From the NCBI RefSeq assembly GCF_009834535.1, contig NC_045697.1:56360001-56424000 (forward strand): a stretch of 64,000 bases of DNA, written 5' to 3'. Below the pieces are notes generated by a model. It was not told where the DNA came from. It did no database searches and saw only the letters and a program-made list of their open reading frames with translations. Position 1 is the first letter of the stretch. Each line of letters opens with the position of its first letter. Both the position numbers and the translations under genes were made by a program. Below are positions 26,291-38,400 of the stretch, piece by piece. This DNA comes from Camelus ferus. Taxonomy: Eukaryota.

Positions 26291-26959
26291 ATTGCAGAAA
26301 AGTGAAGAGAAACATGCTAAATCCTTGAGATGGGAAACCATCAGAATCAGCTGGAATTGTCCAACACATGTGGCTGAAATAAGAGATCGGTCAGGGAGTT
26401 AAAATAATCTGCTGTACTTCCCAGTCTCCCAGACTTTATTCCCAAGTGGTAGTGATGTGGTAGTGATGTGGGGTAACTTCCCCTCTAATCTCCATCTGTG
26501 CCCTCAAGCCACCTGTATAAATATTATTATAAGTGGACATGTTTGATTTTGTGATTTTGAAAGTGGATAATTTCAAGGATGAAAGACAAAAGAATTAAGA
26601 AGTCAGGTTTTGGCTGGGCCACTATGATACACTATTAATATCTGGATGATAAACAAGCTTGAGTAAGAAGAAAATGAGATGGGGTAAAAAAATCTGCAAA
26701 ATTTCTTCAAAAATCGCAGAGTAGGTTGAAAAAGCTTGGTGGATCATGAATATTATATTTGACCCATGCATTCATAAAACAGGAGGCATTTTACAAGCGA
26801 AGGGCAGAATAACGATCAATATCCCACCCAGGAAGGAACCTCCCCAGGTGAGTGTTCTCACGGTGAGACTGTCACTACCCACGCCCTCCCACACATCACA
26901 ACCCCGTCATCTCTCTCACATACACATACCAACAACAACGGTCTCAGAACTACTTACTA

Positions 26960-27170
26960 AAGAATAATAACAAGCCCTGTCTAAGTGTGTGCTCTGTGTT
27001 AGGAAACCTTTTATGTGCTTTGTGCATATTCTCTTTTTAAACCCTCACAGCCATCTGACAATTTATATCATTCTTATATTACAGGTGAACAACTGAGGCA
27101 CAAAGAATTTCAGTTACTAGCAAATGACACACATTAATGATAAAGCCACAGTACAAACTGTTCTCTGAAA
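26960..27170 (-). mobile_element. MIR SINE
   Basis: aaccctcacagcc...ttacaggtgaacaactgaggcaca. Confidence 0.7.
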
Positions 27171-27829
27171 CAAATCTTTGTCTTCTTGATCTAATTGAAA
27201 TCTGCTCTTACCTCAAGACATGGCTTTCCTGGCAGCCCTATCATATGGTAGATGATTTTACACCTGCAGGACCTGTAGGCAGAGAGATGTCTTCCTTGCA
27301 TCTTATAGCTCTTCCAGACCACTGCTTTTCTCTCCTCTTTAAGCTAAAATCCCAATCTGTCTGAAGCCGATGCCAACAGAGCACACTGTCCACTCCCGTT
27401 TGGTTGTGGTCATGTGCAAAGCTTCCTATCAGTTCTTCTTATTCCTTGACAATTTTAAGACCTTACTGCTATACTATACCTTTGGTGATTTCAAACCAGG
27501 GCCCAGTAACACAGAGTACTTTGGTTCAAGTTATTTTAAAAGGCTTTTTCTGTGTGTATGAATTTCAACAGGGGCACTCCCTTTGGGCAGATAAATTTAA
27601 AAAGGAGTCTTTTTCTCAGATTGAGATCAGCCTCTGTCCAGAGCCCAGAGTTGGAGGTAGAGCAGACTAGAGCTCAGCCTGCCCTCCTGGGGTACCAGAC
27701 TGTACCAAGCAAACGATTTCCCCTAATTTTTAAAATTTTCATCATTGTCAATGACTTTACCTCTAACTTACCTCTCCCACCAACTCCCAGACTAATATCA
27801 CGACTCCTACTATGTATAATGGTATATCC

Positions 27830-29620
27830 ACCAACCTGTTATCAAATCAGTCTCTTCTCTGGCCATCATCTCTATTATTTCCAGCTCAGTCTCCCTACCC
27901 ACTGTCATCATTAGAAATTTTTAATTTATCATTCTTTAACGGTCTCATTTTCAATTCCAATTAACATCTCAAAATTTTCTTTTCCAACTTAGATGCAATA
28001 ATCCATCACTATAATCATATAATCACGCTTATAAACACCCTGAAATTATTTGCCCCAACTCCCTCTATCTTACTCATTTGGCAAAACTGCAACCCATTTA
28101 ATTTTACTCTGTGTCTTCTATTGCCTGTAGAAACTGAGTGAGGAAAATTGGGCCACTGTCAATGGAATCACTTCATATTTAGTATCACAAAGTTCAAGTG
28201 GGTTCATAGCATTGCCTAGCAATCTTATTGCCTTCGTCCAGTTGATTCACTCTCATTCCCTCACCCAGTTAAGAATCTTTTTCCCCAAAGATAAACTCCT
28301 GTCTCTACAACAATGCTATCACTCTATTATGTCATTTTCATAAGGATACAAACATACAGTAACATTCTCCATAAATGGCCTTCGATCTTTCAGCTCTCTC
28401 CAGTTACTGCTCCAATTCTTATTCTTCATTATGTAGCAAAAATTTTTACAATGATTTTCTGCAATAAGTGTTGCATTTTACCAATTGACAAGCTTTCCTT
28501 CACCCACTCCAATCATGCTTATTCTGTCAAGTTCATGAATAGTATTGACGTCCATATTGACAAATGCAATAGTCACTTTTAGTCGTCCTCTTACTCAACT
28601 TCTGAAATATTAAAATCTTTTTCCTGAAACACTTGTTCCCTTAGCCTCCAGAGCAGACTCATAGTTCTTAAAGTATCCAGGGTTCCTTTTGTACTTTTTA
28701 TCCATGCCCAATCTAAACTCAATCCACACCCAGTTTCCTAACTGTAAATAATTTCTGCATCACCTGTGCCACCAGCTCCAAAGCATTTGCCTACACTCTT
28801 TCAGTTACAGACATATTCAGCTGTCTTCCTGACAGCTCTATTTAGATGACTAAAAGGCATTATCATTTTGACTAAGTTCTAAATTCTAAAACAGAACTTT
28901 GATCCTTTGTGCACCAAAGCCTGCTTCTCTCTTCTTGCTCCACATCCAAAATATATTCCAAATTTGACCATTTCTCATCACGTCCCTTTCTATTGCACAA
29001 GACACCACCTAACTGACCTTCTTGCTTCTGTTCTTACTCCCCTAAGTAAATTCTTCATAAAGTGATCTGAACTGTTTTTTGAAAGGTTAAATTGCATCCC
29101 GTTAGCCTACTGTTCAAACTCTAGCTTTCTGTTCCAAAATCCAACTTTTAAATATGTCTGACAGAACTCTGATTAGAGTATGTCCTAGTTCTCTGATTCT
29201 ATCTCCTATCTTTGTGTGTGTGTTTCGTTTTTTATCTCCTTCACGTGATTCTCGTCATATCGGCCTGGTCCTCCTGCAGTAGCTCAAGGGTGCCAAGTTC
29301 CCCTCACTGCTCTCTATTCCCTCTTCTTGGACTACTTTTCCCCACAGATATTCCATAGTTCTCCTTCATCAGGTTTCTGCTCAAACATCTTCTCGCCTCA
29401 CTCCACATGACTATAGTATTACCCTACTTTATTTACCAACACAGAGTTCATTACTACTTTAATTCATGTATGTGGTTTTTTTGTGTGTCTATTGTCTGTT
29501 TCAACTACTAGGATGTAAATTCCCAAACAAACAAAGATTGTATCTGCTTTGCTTATTGCTATTATCTCAATATCTAGGTAAATACCTGACACACAAGTGT
29601 TCAATGAGAGAACAACTTGA
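27830..29620 (+). mobile_element. Long L2 LINE fragment (ORF2 remnant through 3' end)
   Basis: Pyrimidine-rich L2-like segments along its length; 3' end attgtctgtttc...aggatgtaaattccc...cctgacacac. Confidence 0.7.
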
Positions 29621-32329
29621 TTAATAAGACATCATTTGGGAAGGAGAAAGATGATTTAGATGGTGTTGAATAACACACAAAAATGAGACACCAAATCTTT
29701 ATTAATGTATGACGAGGCAATTAGGTAAGAGGAATGACAGTATTTACCACATTTGTCAGACTTTACTGTAATCCTGTACTTATTTATCCACCAGTATGAC
29801 TGAATCGTAATGTCCAGAGGGTCCCAAATGATATTTGATCTTAACATTGCATCTCAGGTGCTGTGCCTAAAGGAAAACCCAGCTGCTCTGTGAAAACTTG
29901 CTGAATGAATGGCTCTGGGACTCAACCATTTTAAGAGGTAAGTGTCATCATTAGGGTAAACCCAGGGAAATAAGTCAGTGTAGTTTAACTACATAGAAGT
30001 CTCCTTTAGAACATTTATTTTGTCTGAGGAAAATAAATGCTTCTGGAGAAATAAACTTGGTTGGGGAAAATTATTTCCCATAAACTGTCAGAATAATGGT
30101 GATGAAATTATTTGCAAGTCCATCCTAGATCTAAGAAAAAAATGAATAACGTGGGAGGTGTAAGGAATTTTGAATTAATCTGATCTGATAAATGCTATCA
30201 ACATACTTTTAAATGCTTTTATTGCAACAAAAATGATAATGGACACAAGGCTAAAATCTGTTTCATCATCATCCACTGATGTACTGAGATAAATGCTCTT
30301 TCCATTACTCAATACTTCAAGTACATGATTAGCTCAGTGATAAAAATTGATCTGTGTTGTTTTGGATATTCATGTCTGTCAGCAAACGAAACAGACTTTT
30401 CTATTAGAATCAACGGTTTCCAGAAATTCAGTCAGAAGTTAAGAACGCAGTCACATGCCCACTATAGGAAGAAAGAGAATTGGAGGGGGGGGGTGGAGAA
30501 AAGAGAGAGAAAAGATATTTATAGAATATAAAGATCTGAAACAGCTTTGTTTTTCTGGCCTCCCTCTATGAGAATAATCATGTCCCTAACTCTATAATGC
30601 TCCTCCAGATCTGACTAAAATCCAGCAAAATCTACTTGGGCAATCAGTGCATAGTCAAATAAAGCAACACCTTTTAATCATTTATTCTGTAGCTCCCTGG
30701 GTTTGCAACAGGATGCTTAATATTCACATCATTTCTTCACGTTCTTTTTCTCTGTAGCGTTAGCTATTTGTAGCTTCTCTCCATTCTCTTCCCCTTCGCC
30801 TCTCTGCTCTACAGCCTCTGTCTCTTTCTCACTCCGCCTCCCTCTCTTGTCTCCTTTCTCTCCTGTACGTAATTATTAGCATGTAATGTTGACTGGAAAA
30901 GGTAATATTAAATTGTCTCATGTTTGGTGTTTTTTATTTGTGTTTTTAAAAACAAGTAACCATAAAAATACTCTGGCTTATTTTTATAACAGTATTTTGT
31001 AAAACTGGGGAAAAAAAGCATTGTTCACATTGCAGTTGCTTACATATTAAAACTATCATGCATGGAGCAAAAACGAAAGTTTGTGTACCATACTATATAT
31101 ATATATTGTTTTATCTGATCACTTTTTATAATAGTTCAAAGCTGTTAATAGTTTGAATGTGTTCAGTATTACATGGTTAATATTTTATCAGACAGTTATT
31201 GCCTTTGCCTTGAAATTGTTTTATTATTTGAAAGTTATTGTCTTCTTTATATTATTTTGGAAAACTTGCTGCCTTGTAAGTGTATTTCATCTAGGAAACA
31301 CTTTTTAATAATAAAATATCCTTTGGCTTTTAGAGTAAAAGTCAGTGGAGAATAATTGCTTATATGAAGTTTGTCAAACCTCACTTTGCTAGACTAGAAC
31401 TATTCCTTTACTGATAAGCTACTTGACCTTAATAATACAAACCAAAGAGCATAGTGTTTTTCATCATTCTGTGCTTTTATAAAGAAATATTTTTGGAAAG
31501 AAATGTTATGTAGTAAAATGTGAATAACTTTTTCAATGATTCCTACATATTTAAAAAAATAAAAGTAATCTAAGTTTTACATTAGAAAAAAATATGATTC
31601 TAGTCAATTCTATATTGCCATGCCATACCAAGGGCCTAAACTTGTGAAAAGAAAAACTTGTGATTTCGTTATATCTACCTCTCCCCACACACAGAGATGA
31701 TAATATAACAAATGTTATAAAAGGAATCTGAAATGGAAATGTTGCTATAATGAAGAGCTTCCTCATAATTATGTTTGCAAAATAGACAGTTCTAGTCTCT
31801 GCCTATTGTACAGGGAAGAAATCCAGATGTTGGGTGATAATAACAAGAAATGCAAGTCAGAGAAATTAAACTAGGATGAGCTACAAAGAGCAGAGGAAAG
31901 ACAAAGAACTAAGCACTAGGAGAGTTGTCTGCATGGCTTGATGACAAATGCATTCTCTCTTCCTTGTAGCATATGAAGCTCATCTTTTGTGAGTAAAACT
32001 GAATACATTTTATAGGACTTTGGACATTTACACTATAGTTGGTTACTATAGCTTGTAATGACATGTATTTATACTTTTTTTGTTTCAAGTGGAAACAGAA
32101 ATTAGTTTAAGTAGGGGTGTTTGGAGAGGTTTCTTCCAGACAGTCTTAAATGTTGATATTATTCTAATTATAAAGCTTTCGAAGGAAATACCATTATTAT
32201 TGTAAATTTTAATGTTACCGATCCAAAGTAAGAGATGCTTAAGCTGGACGTATGATAGTCATTTTCTATCATTAATTCTGCTTTTTAAATCCTTAGAGAG
32301 TAATAGTAAAAATAAAATATATTGTGGTG

Positions 32330-32510
32330 ATTATTAGGTGCTTATATTAAGCCCTCATGTTAGATTTCATGACAACCGTTTGAATCAGTTACTTTTCGTA
32401 TATGAAGAAAAGCACAGAGAAGTTAAACAACTTGCCCCAAATCACATAGTGGTAGAGCCAGTATTTGGATCTCTTTGGTCTGGTTCCCAAACCCATCTTT
32501 TTACTCACTC
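32330..32510 (-). mobile_element. MIR SINE
   Basis: gcacagagaagttaaacaacttgccccaaatcacatag...ggtagagccag. Confidence 0.7.
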
Positions 32511-34424
32511 CTTATGAGACCCAATCCTGCTTGCTCTTATTTTATTTTATTTTTTCCCACAGCTTATTTTGTTTGTTTACATGGTGACTTGTTTTCTCTT
32601 CCTATAACCTTTCCCTTTACTTGGTTCAGTTTCCGAAAAGGACCAAATAACTATACAAAATAGCTGGCGCAGGAGTGAGTGTCACACTTACAGCTGCTGT
32701 CTCTGGTATCTTCCCATTTATTTTCCTTTTTTTTTTAAGAAAACAATTTTGGGAGTTTTAATTATATCACATGGAATAAATATTTCTTCAAAATCTTCAC
32801 AACTACTATAAAGTTATTATGAAATAATTACTCAATTCAATATATTATCTTAATGGTAAAAAAAGAAAAAGAAAAAGAAAACTTCCCCAAATGGCAAAGT
32901 TCAGTCTGTTGGTCTATTACTCATAGACCGTAATTACATTCATACCTAAGAAGTTAATATTATTCTCATTTTTAAGACCTTTAAGGTGATTAAATTGGAA
33001 GATGGAAAACTCATTAAAAATTTGAAGAAGTAAAATTTAGTCCATTGCCTTATCTTCAATGATTCAGAGCCCAATTTTGTTTTAAAATTGACAAAATAGC
33101 AAAAAATTCCAATAGACTCCAGGCATAGTTTGTAAGAATTTAATAATTCTTGGTACACACAGCTATCTGTCCAAACAACCACATAGAAGAAAAAAATATA
33201 TTAAAAAATAAGAAAATGAAAATTCTTTGGGGTCTTTCACTTCAGTGGACTTCTTCACTGTCATGCCTTACCAGTGGACTTGCATGTTTGTCTGGCCCTT
33301 CAATCTCTAAACTCATGGAAAACTTCCAAGTAGAAGGAAAATAAAAATGCATTATAAGATGTACTTTTGGATATGACTTCTAGTGTATTTGAGGCATAAA
33401 GTTTTGGTTGTGATTTAGGGAATTTTGTCACTTTGAGATAATGTTGAAAGAGGGAAAACTTGGTAAAATATTCCAGTAAAATTATGATGATTTTATTTTT
33501 CAGTAAAGACTGCTTGTCTCTTTCATATTTTATAACTAAAATGTATTCACAAAAGGGAAGCTGACCATTTATTTCTATAATGGGATGTTTATTTTACATG
33601 GCTGAAAAACAAAGGAATCAAGATGTAAAAGGGAAAGCTATCTTTTTTCTTGGATTGTTGAAAATATGTATATATTTTTTTTCATTCAAACACACCATTA
33701 GAAAAGAAAAGCAAGCAACTCAGTAAAGCATTTTCTTGAGAGTAATTCATTTATGAGGATCTTAGAAGCACATCACTTTTATTTAAGCTTTAAATATGGC
33801 TCTGTATTTTAATTTTTTATTTGTTTTTTTTATTGCTTATTTATTTATTTATTTTCAAAGATAATTAAAATACCATACACTAAGCAAAAGTTTAGGTCAG
33901 ATTTAACATAAGTTATGTTTATTTTGGCTCAATTTTACAAAGCTCTTGCTATGTGCAATAGTAACTCTAACAAATAAGTTGTTTCACCTCTTATAATAGT
34001 ATACGTTTATTTTGTCATGTAATGAGATAATATATATCCATCTCAAATATAACTGAGTAACCTAATGAAAAAATCTTCATTTTGCATGTATCACTTATTA
34101 ACTTCAGCTTTCTTGCATTCAACTTCAAGTAATTAGACACAGAGACATCGAATCCTCATGATATACCAAGGACAGGCCTCACTAAAAGAGATAAATGGAG
34201 ACTTCCTTTCCTTAAATCCGAAGGCTATCATATTTTTAATCACCAGTTTATGATTGTTTAGCACTATTAACACCTTGGAATATTCCCTCCCTTTTAAAAG
34301 TGTGTCTTTTACGTGATGTTGGTTTTTCTCCTACTTCTTTCAGTTATTTCCTGACTCCTTTACAGGATCATTCTTTTCTATCCATTTAAGAATTGCTGAC
34401 ATTACTCAAATCGATTCTAGATCT

Positions 34425-34612
34425 TTGTGATCTCAAAGTATGCTCTCCAGAACAGCAGCATCGGCATCAACTTGGAACTCGTTAGATAAACAAATTCTGG
34501 TGTCCCACCCCAGACGTGCTGAGTTGTAAACTCAGAGTGGAGGGCAGAAATCTGTATTTTAACAAGTGATCCAAATTATCCTGATGCACACTACAGCTTG
34601 AGAGACACTGCT
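34425..34612. mobile_element. MER5A (hAT-Charlie)
   Basis: cagcagcatcggcatca...aaattctgg.gtcccaccccagac...aatctgtattttaacaag...ctgatgcacac...ttgagagacactg. Confidence 0.85.
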
Positions 34613-34689
34613 CTCCATTATCATCTCTCCTCACCTCTGTATTCTCATCTCTAAGCTACTCACATAAAACCATGTTCTTTCCTTTAAAG

Positions 34690-35003
34690 CAGGAGTCAAC
34701 CAGTTTTTTTCTGTAAAGGATGAGATACCCTTTGTGCTTTGTGGATTGTACCATCTCTGTCACAACTGCTCAACTGTGTCCACAATATGTAAACAAATGC
34801 ATTTGGCTGTGTTCCAATGTAACTTTATTTAGTAACACCAACATTTGAACTTCACGTTATTTCATGTGACATGAAATACTATTCTTGTTTGGGTTTCACA
34901 TCCACTTTTAAAATGTAAAAATTGTGCTTAACTTGTGGGAGATATAGAAAGAGACAAGAGGCTGGCCAGATTTGGCCCAGAGACCATAGTTTGCCCATCT
35001 CTG
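34690..35003. mobile_element. MER58B-like hAT-Charlie element with 8-bp TSD
   Basis: cagg...ctg termini; TSD ctttaaag (34682-34689) and ctttaaaa (35004-35011); ggctgtgttccaat and ggccagatttggccc motifs. Confidence 0.85.
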
Positions 35004-35020
35004 CTTTAAAACCTTGGTAT

Positions 35021-35379
35021 TTGGGAAGGTCAGTTTCATGTGTCTACTTAGTCAAGCCATGGCACCCATTCGTTTGGTCAAGCACAAATGTAGATGCTGC
35101 TGTGAAGGTATTTTTTTTTTTTTTTTGATGTGACTAACATTTAAATCAATAGACTTTGTGTCTAGTCAATAACCCTCCATAGTGTGAGTGGGTCTCATTC
35201 AGTCAGTTGAAGGCCATAAAAGAAAAGATCGAGGTCCTCCACAGAGGAAGAAATTCTGCCTCCAGACTGCCTTTGGACTCCAGATTGCAACATCGACTCC
35301 TGCTGGAGTTTTCAGCCTACACTATTAATTTCAGACTTGACAGCCCCTACAACTGCATGAACCATTTCCATAAATTCTA

Positions 35380-35421
<42 letters not shown>

Positions 35422-35470
35422 TCTATTCTATTCTATTCTATTAGTTTTGTTTCTCTGGAGAACTTTGCTG
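35021..35470 (+). mobile_element. MLT2 (B/D-type) ERV-L solo LTR
   Basis: tagatgctgctgtgaaggtatttt; accctccatagtgtgagtgggtctcattcagtcagttgaagg; gaagaaattctgcctccagactgcctt; gtttctctggagaac. Confidence 0.85.
35381..35440. repeat. Compound microsatellite (TCTA)10(TTCTA)4
   Basis: Seen directly, inside the MLT2 LTR. Confidence 0.95.
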
Positions 35471-38400
35471 GACTGCCAGCATCAGCATTATCAAAGACCT
35501 GGATAAAAATGAAGAATTTGGGGTCTTACTTAGGCCCTACTGACAGAATTTATGTGTTAATAAGTTTCATGGAGATTTGTGTGCATACTACGATTTCTAA
35601 AGAACTACATTTGATTACTGTTCTAAGGTTAAAAGTATACATTTATTAGTAGGAAGGTTAATAGTTTTCTGTCCCAATAGATTCTAATTCCCCGAGAATA
35701 GAATTATTATCTCAGATGACACTCTTAGTTGTTTGTTAACAGCACAATGTTGTATCTTGGACTTGTACTCTGCTGTATCTTAGATAACTAACCTAGTTTC
35801 TGGCCCATATTTATTGAGCTCCCTCACCCTGAAACTCAATGCCAATATGAAGACTGTCCCAATTGATATTAGGTAGTACAGCGTGTAGGATCAATTTAAA
35901 TTGCTATAATTTTTATTTTACCATCATTAATATTTCACATTCCTTAATTGTGCTTCCTACAAGAAGTTAATTTTTTACTTATCTGGGAACTAGTAGATTA
36001 TTTAAATGTCCACAGATAGGATGTAAACAAAACTGTCATTCAGAGGAAGCATACCTATTTTGCAATTCATATTTACAAATAACACATAGGTAGCAGTAAC
36101 CAGTTGTGTTTGATTGTGAATTTAAGGTAAAATGATACTACAGGAACTTTTTTCATTTGTCTCCCTATTTCAATCTCCCCAAAACATTCTACAGAAGTAG
36201 ATATCAGTCCTATAGTTTTACTCATCTCAGTTTCTTGCTATAACTCTTGCTTTTGTTTGTTTTTAATAATAAAGAGCACACTTCTCAAATTTTTTCTTTG
36301 ATGAATTAACTATGTTGATCTTGTGGTCTGTTCCTATTTGATAGAGTAGTTATGTGGGGTTTTCAGGGGCCCCAGTAAGACAGTGCATGCATTTGGGCCA
36401 ATAATCTTCTTTCTACAGTCTTCCCAGTACCCTCAGATTTCTTTTCAGAATTAATAGAGCAAGACAAAAATATGTTATTTCTTAAGATTGTACAACTTCA
36501 TATAACAATTTAATAAGATATTCAGAAACAGATGATATGATTTCTGGGCAGTTTCTGGATAATATGGCCTAACGTCATCTTGTATGTTTTAAAAATTGGG
36601 CTTTTCAATCAAACTTACAGTTACAACTCAGGAATTATATAGTCAGTTAACACAAAGTACCAATGCTTTGGCACTTTGGCTATTATGCTAAGATTTTCTA
36701 TCATAGATAAAAGTAAAACATAAAGAAATGATATAATTAAAAAAAATATATATATATTTTAGTTAGATTAGCCCACATTCCTCTAACTGCTATCATCCTT
36801 TTGTCTAGCAATACCAAAAAGAGAAAACTCAATCAAAAGCAACATTCTCTGGAGGATGATCTATAATAAAATCTATTTTTCTGTTTCTATATTAAAAAAA
36901 TAGTCATAGAAGATGAGATATTCAAGCCTACTTACTGGAACGCAGTAATGGAATAAGCATGGAAACCAGATTAAAAAAGCTTTTAAAACTATACTCATTT
37001 TTCTTCATTATTTTTTAATGTAATACTAAGGAATATATTTAGTTTTCACAATGGTGAATTATTGAAACTAAGGAAATTAAAGTTCTGTCCTTGATAACGG
37101 GTAGATGCGTTCTCTTTTCAGCGAAGTGAGTCAGCCTGTGTTGCAACTTCTCCGGCTGCCACATCAACTTTGAAGGATAGGTGAGTGGCTTAGTGATTTC
37201 CACTACTCGTTTTTCATCCTACGAGTGTCTCTTCTGTTTTCCTTCTTGTTTTTCTTTGGTTTTTGTCTCTATAGCATAGTCATTTTTATTAAATGGTATT
37301 GTAAAAAGATATACTTTGAAAAAATTCCTCTAAAATGTAATACTGATTTTGAAGCAAGAAAAGGCTTTTCAAATAGATGTAAAAGATACAAAAGACTAGG
37401 GCTAGTCAGTATTTTGGGAAGTAGAAATCTAACAATGCATACACTTAAAGGAAAAAAGACTAGTTGCTCCATTCACATTGTTAAGTTTATATGAAAGAAG
37501 AAGGAAATTAGGGAAAAAACATTTCTAATAATAGAAAGAAGAGTTAATTCTTCCATGTACCCCCCCCTCAAGGAATAGAGGGCAGGACCTGGTGAATAGG
37601 TGCCCCAACCTCCTGCAGCAGGTGCCCACTAAACCCCACCCTTCCCTTCCTTTGTCATCTTCCAGCAATAAGCTAAGAAATTGCTAGCACCATCTCTTAA
37701 ACTTTGTTCTTGGTATTATTCTTGTTGATGGATAAGATAAATCAACTGGCATTTAGTTTTGTTGACTGTATGTATCTTCCCTATAGTATTTTTTTACTTC
37801 AAATCCTTACAAAAATATAGAGTTCAATTCTTATTTCTATTTATCTTTAACATGACTTTTTTTCCCTAATATATCTTGAGAGATCAAAAATGTACTAGAA
37901 AAACCTCTTATAAGAAGTTAATAATGTAAATACCACATTTTACTGAAGCCTTAATCTTAAATGTTTAAGCTGGTTATAAACATGATTTTCTAATAAACCT
38001 GATTAATTTATAAATTCCATTTTAATGTCTTCAAGTTTCTGTATGTGAGCAAGGCCGACAGTCACATCCTCTCACAACTGTGGGCTCTTACGAGGCTCTC
38101 ACCAAGGCCAGTAAAAAGTGACCTCAGGGATATGAAAGAGCAGACACTTCAAAAATCATTTCAAAGAACTGGTCTTAGAACACTTGAATTGGCATATATA
38201 AGAAGGCATTTCATAAGTGCTTTAATAAAATAACTCCAGTGAATTACCTATACATTTACAGAGAAACATTTTGTTGTTTGTTTGTTACACATCAATACAG
38301 CAAATCAATCCTTGAGAGCAAACCACGAATCCTGACTCGTGATTTTTTTTAAGCTATGACTCAGAGAAGCCTGCTAGTGATAAATAAAGAAGACTTTGTA

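Larger units (their letters stand above)
21490..26420 (-). mobile_element. Degraded ERV-L class provirus (LTR16/LTR33-like LTRs, pol/integrase/dUTPase relics)
   Basis: Related LTR-like segments start ~21490 and ~25580. Minus-strand peptides DTYVRYGFTYP..SARTVKG and YAHHAEVVSQIEPWN resemble ERV-L integrase; IITLTGITDPHYHKELGLSLHNG (22930-22998) resembles ERV-L dUTPase. Many stops and frameshifts. Confidence 0.8.

Noticed and set aside
26447..26472. gtggtagtgat tandem duplication
   Set aside because: Two copies of an 11-mer; ordinary slippage, not an array.
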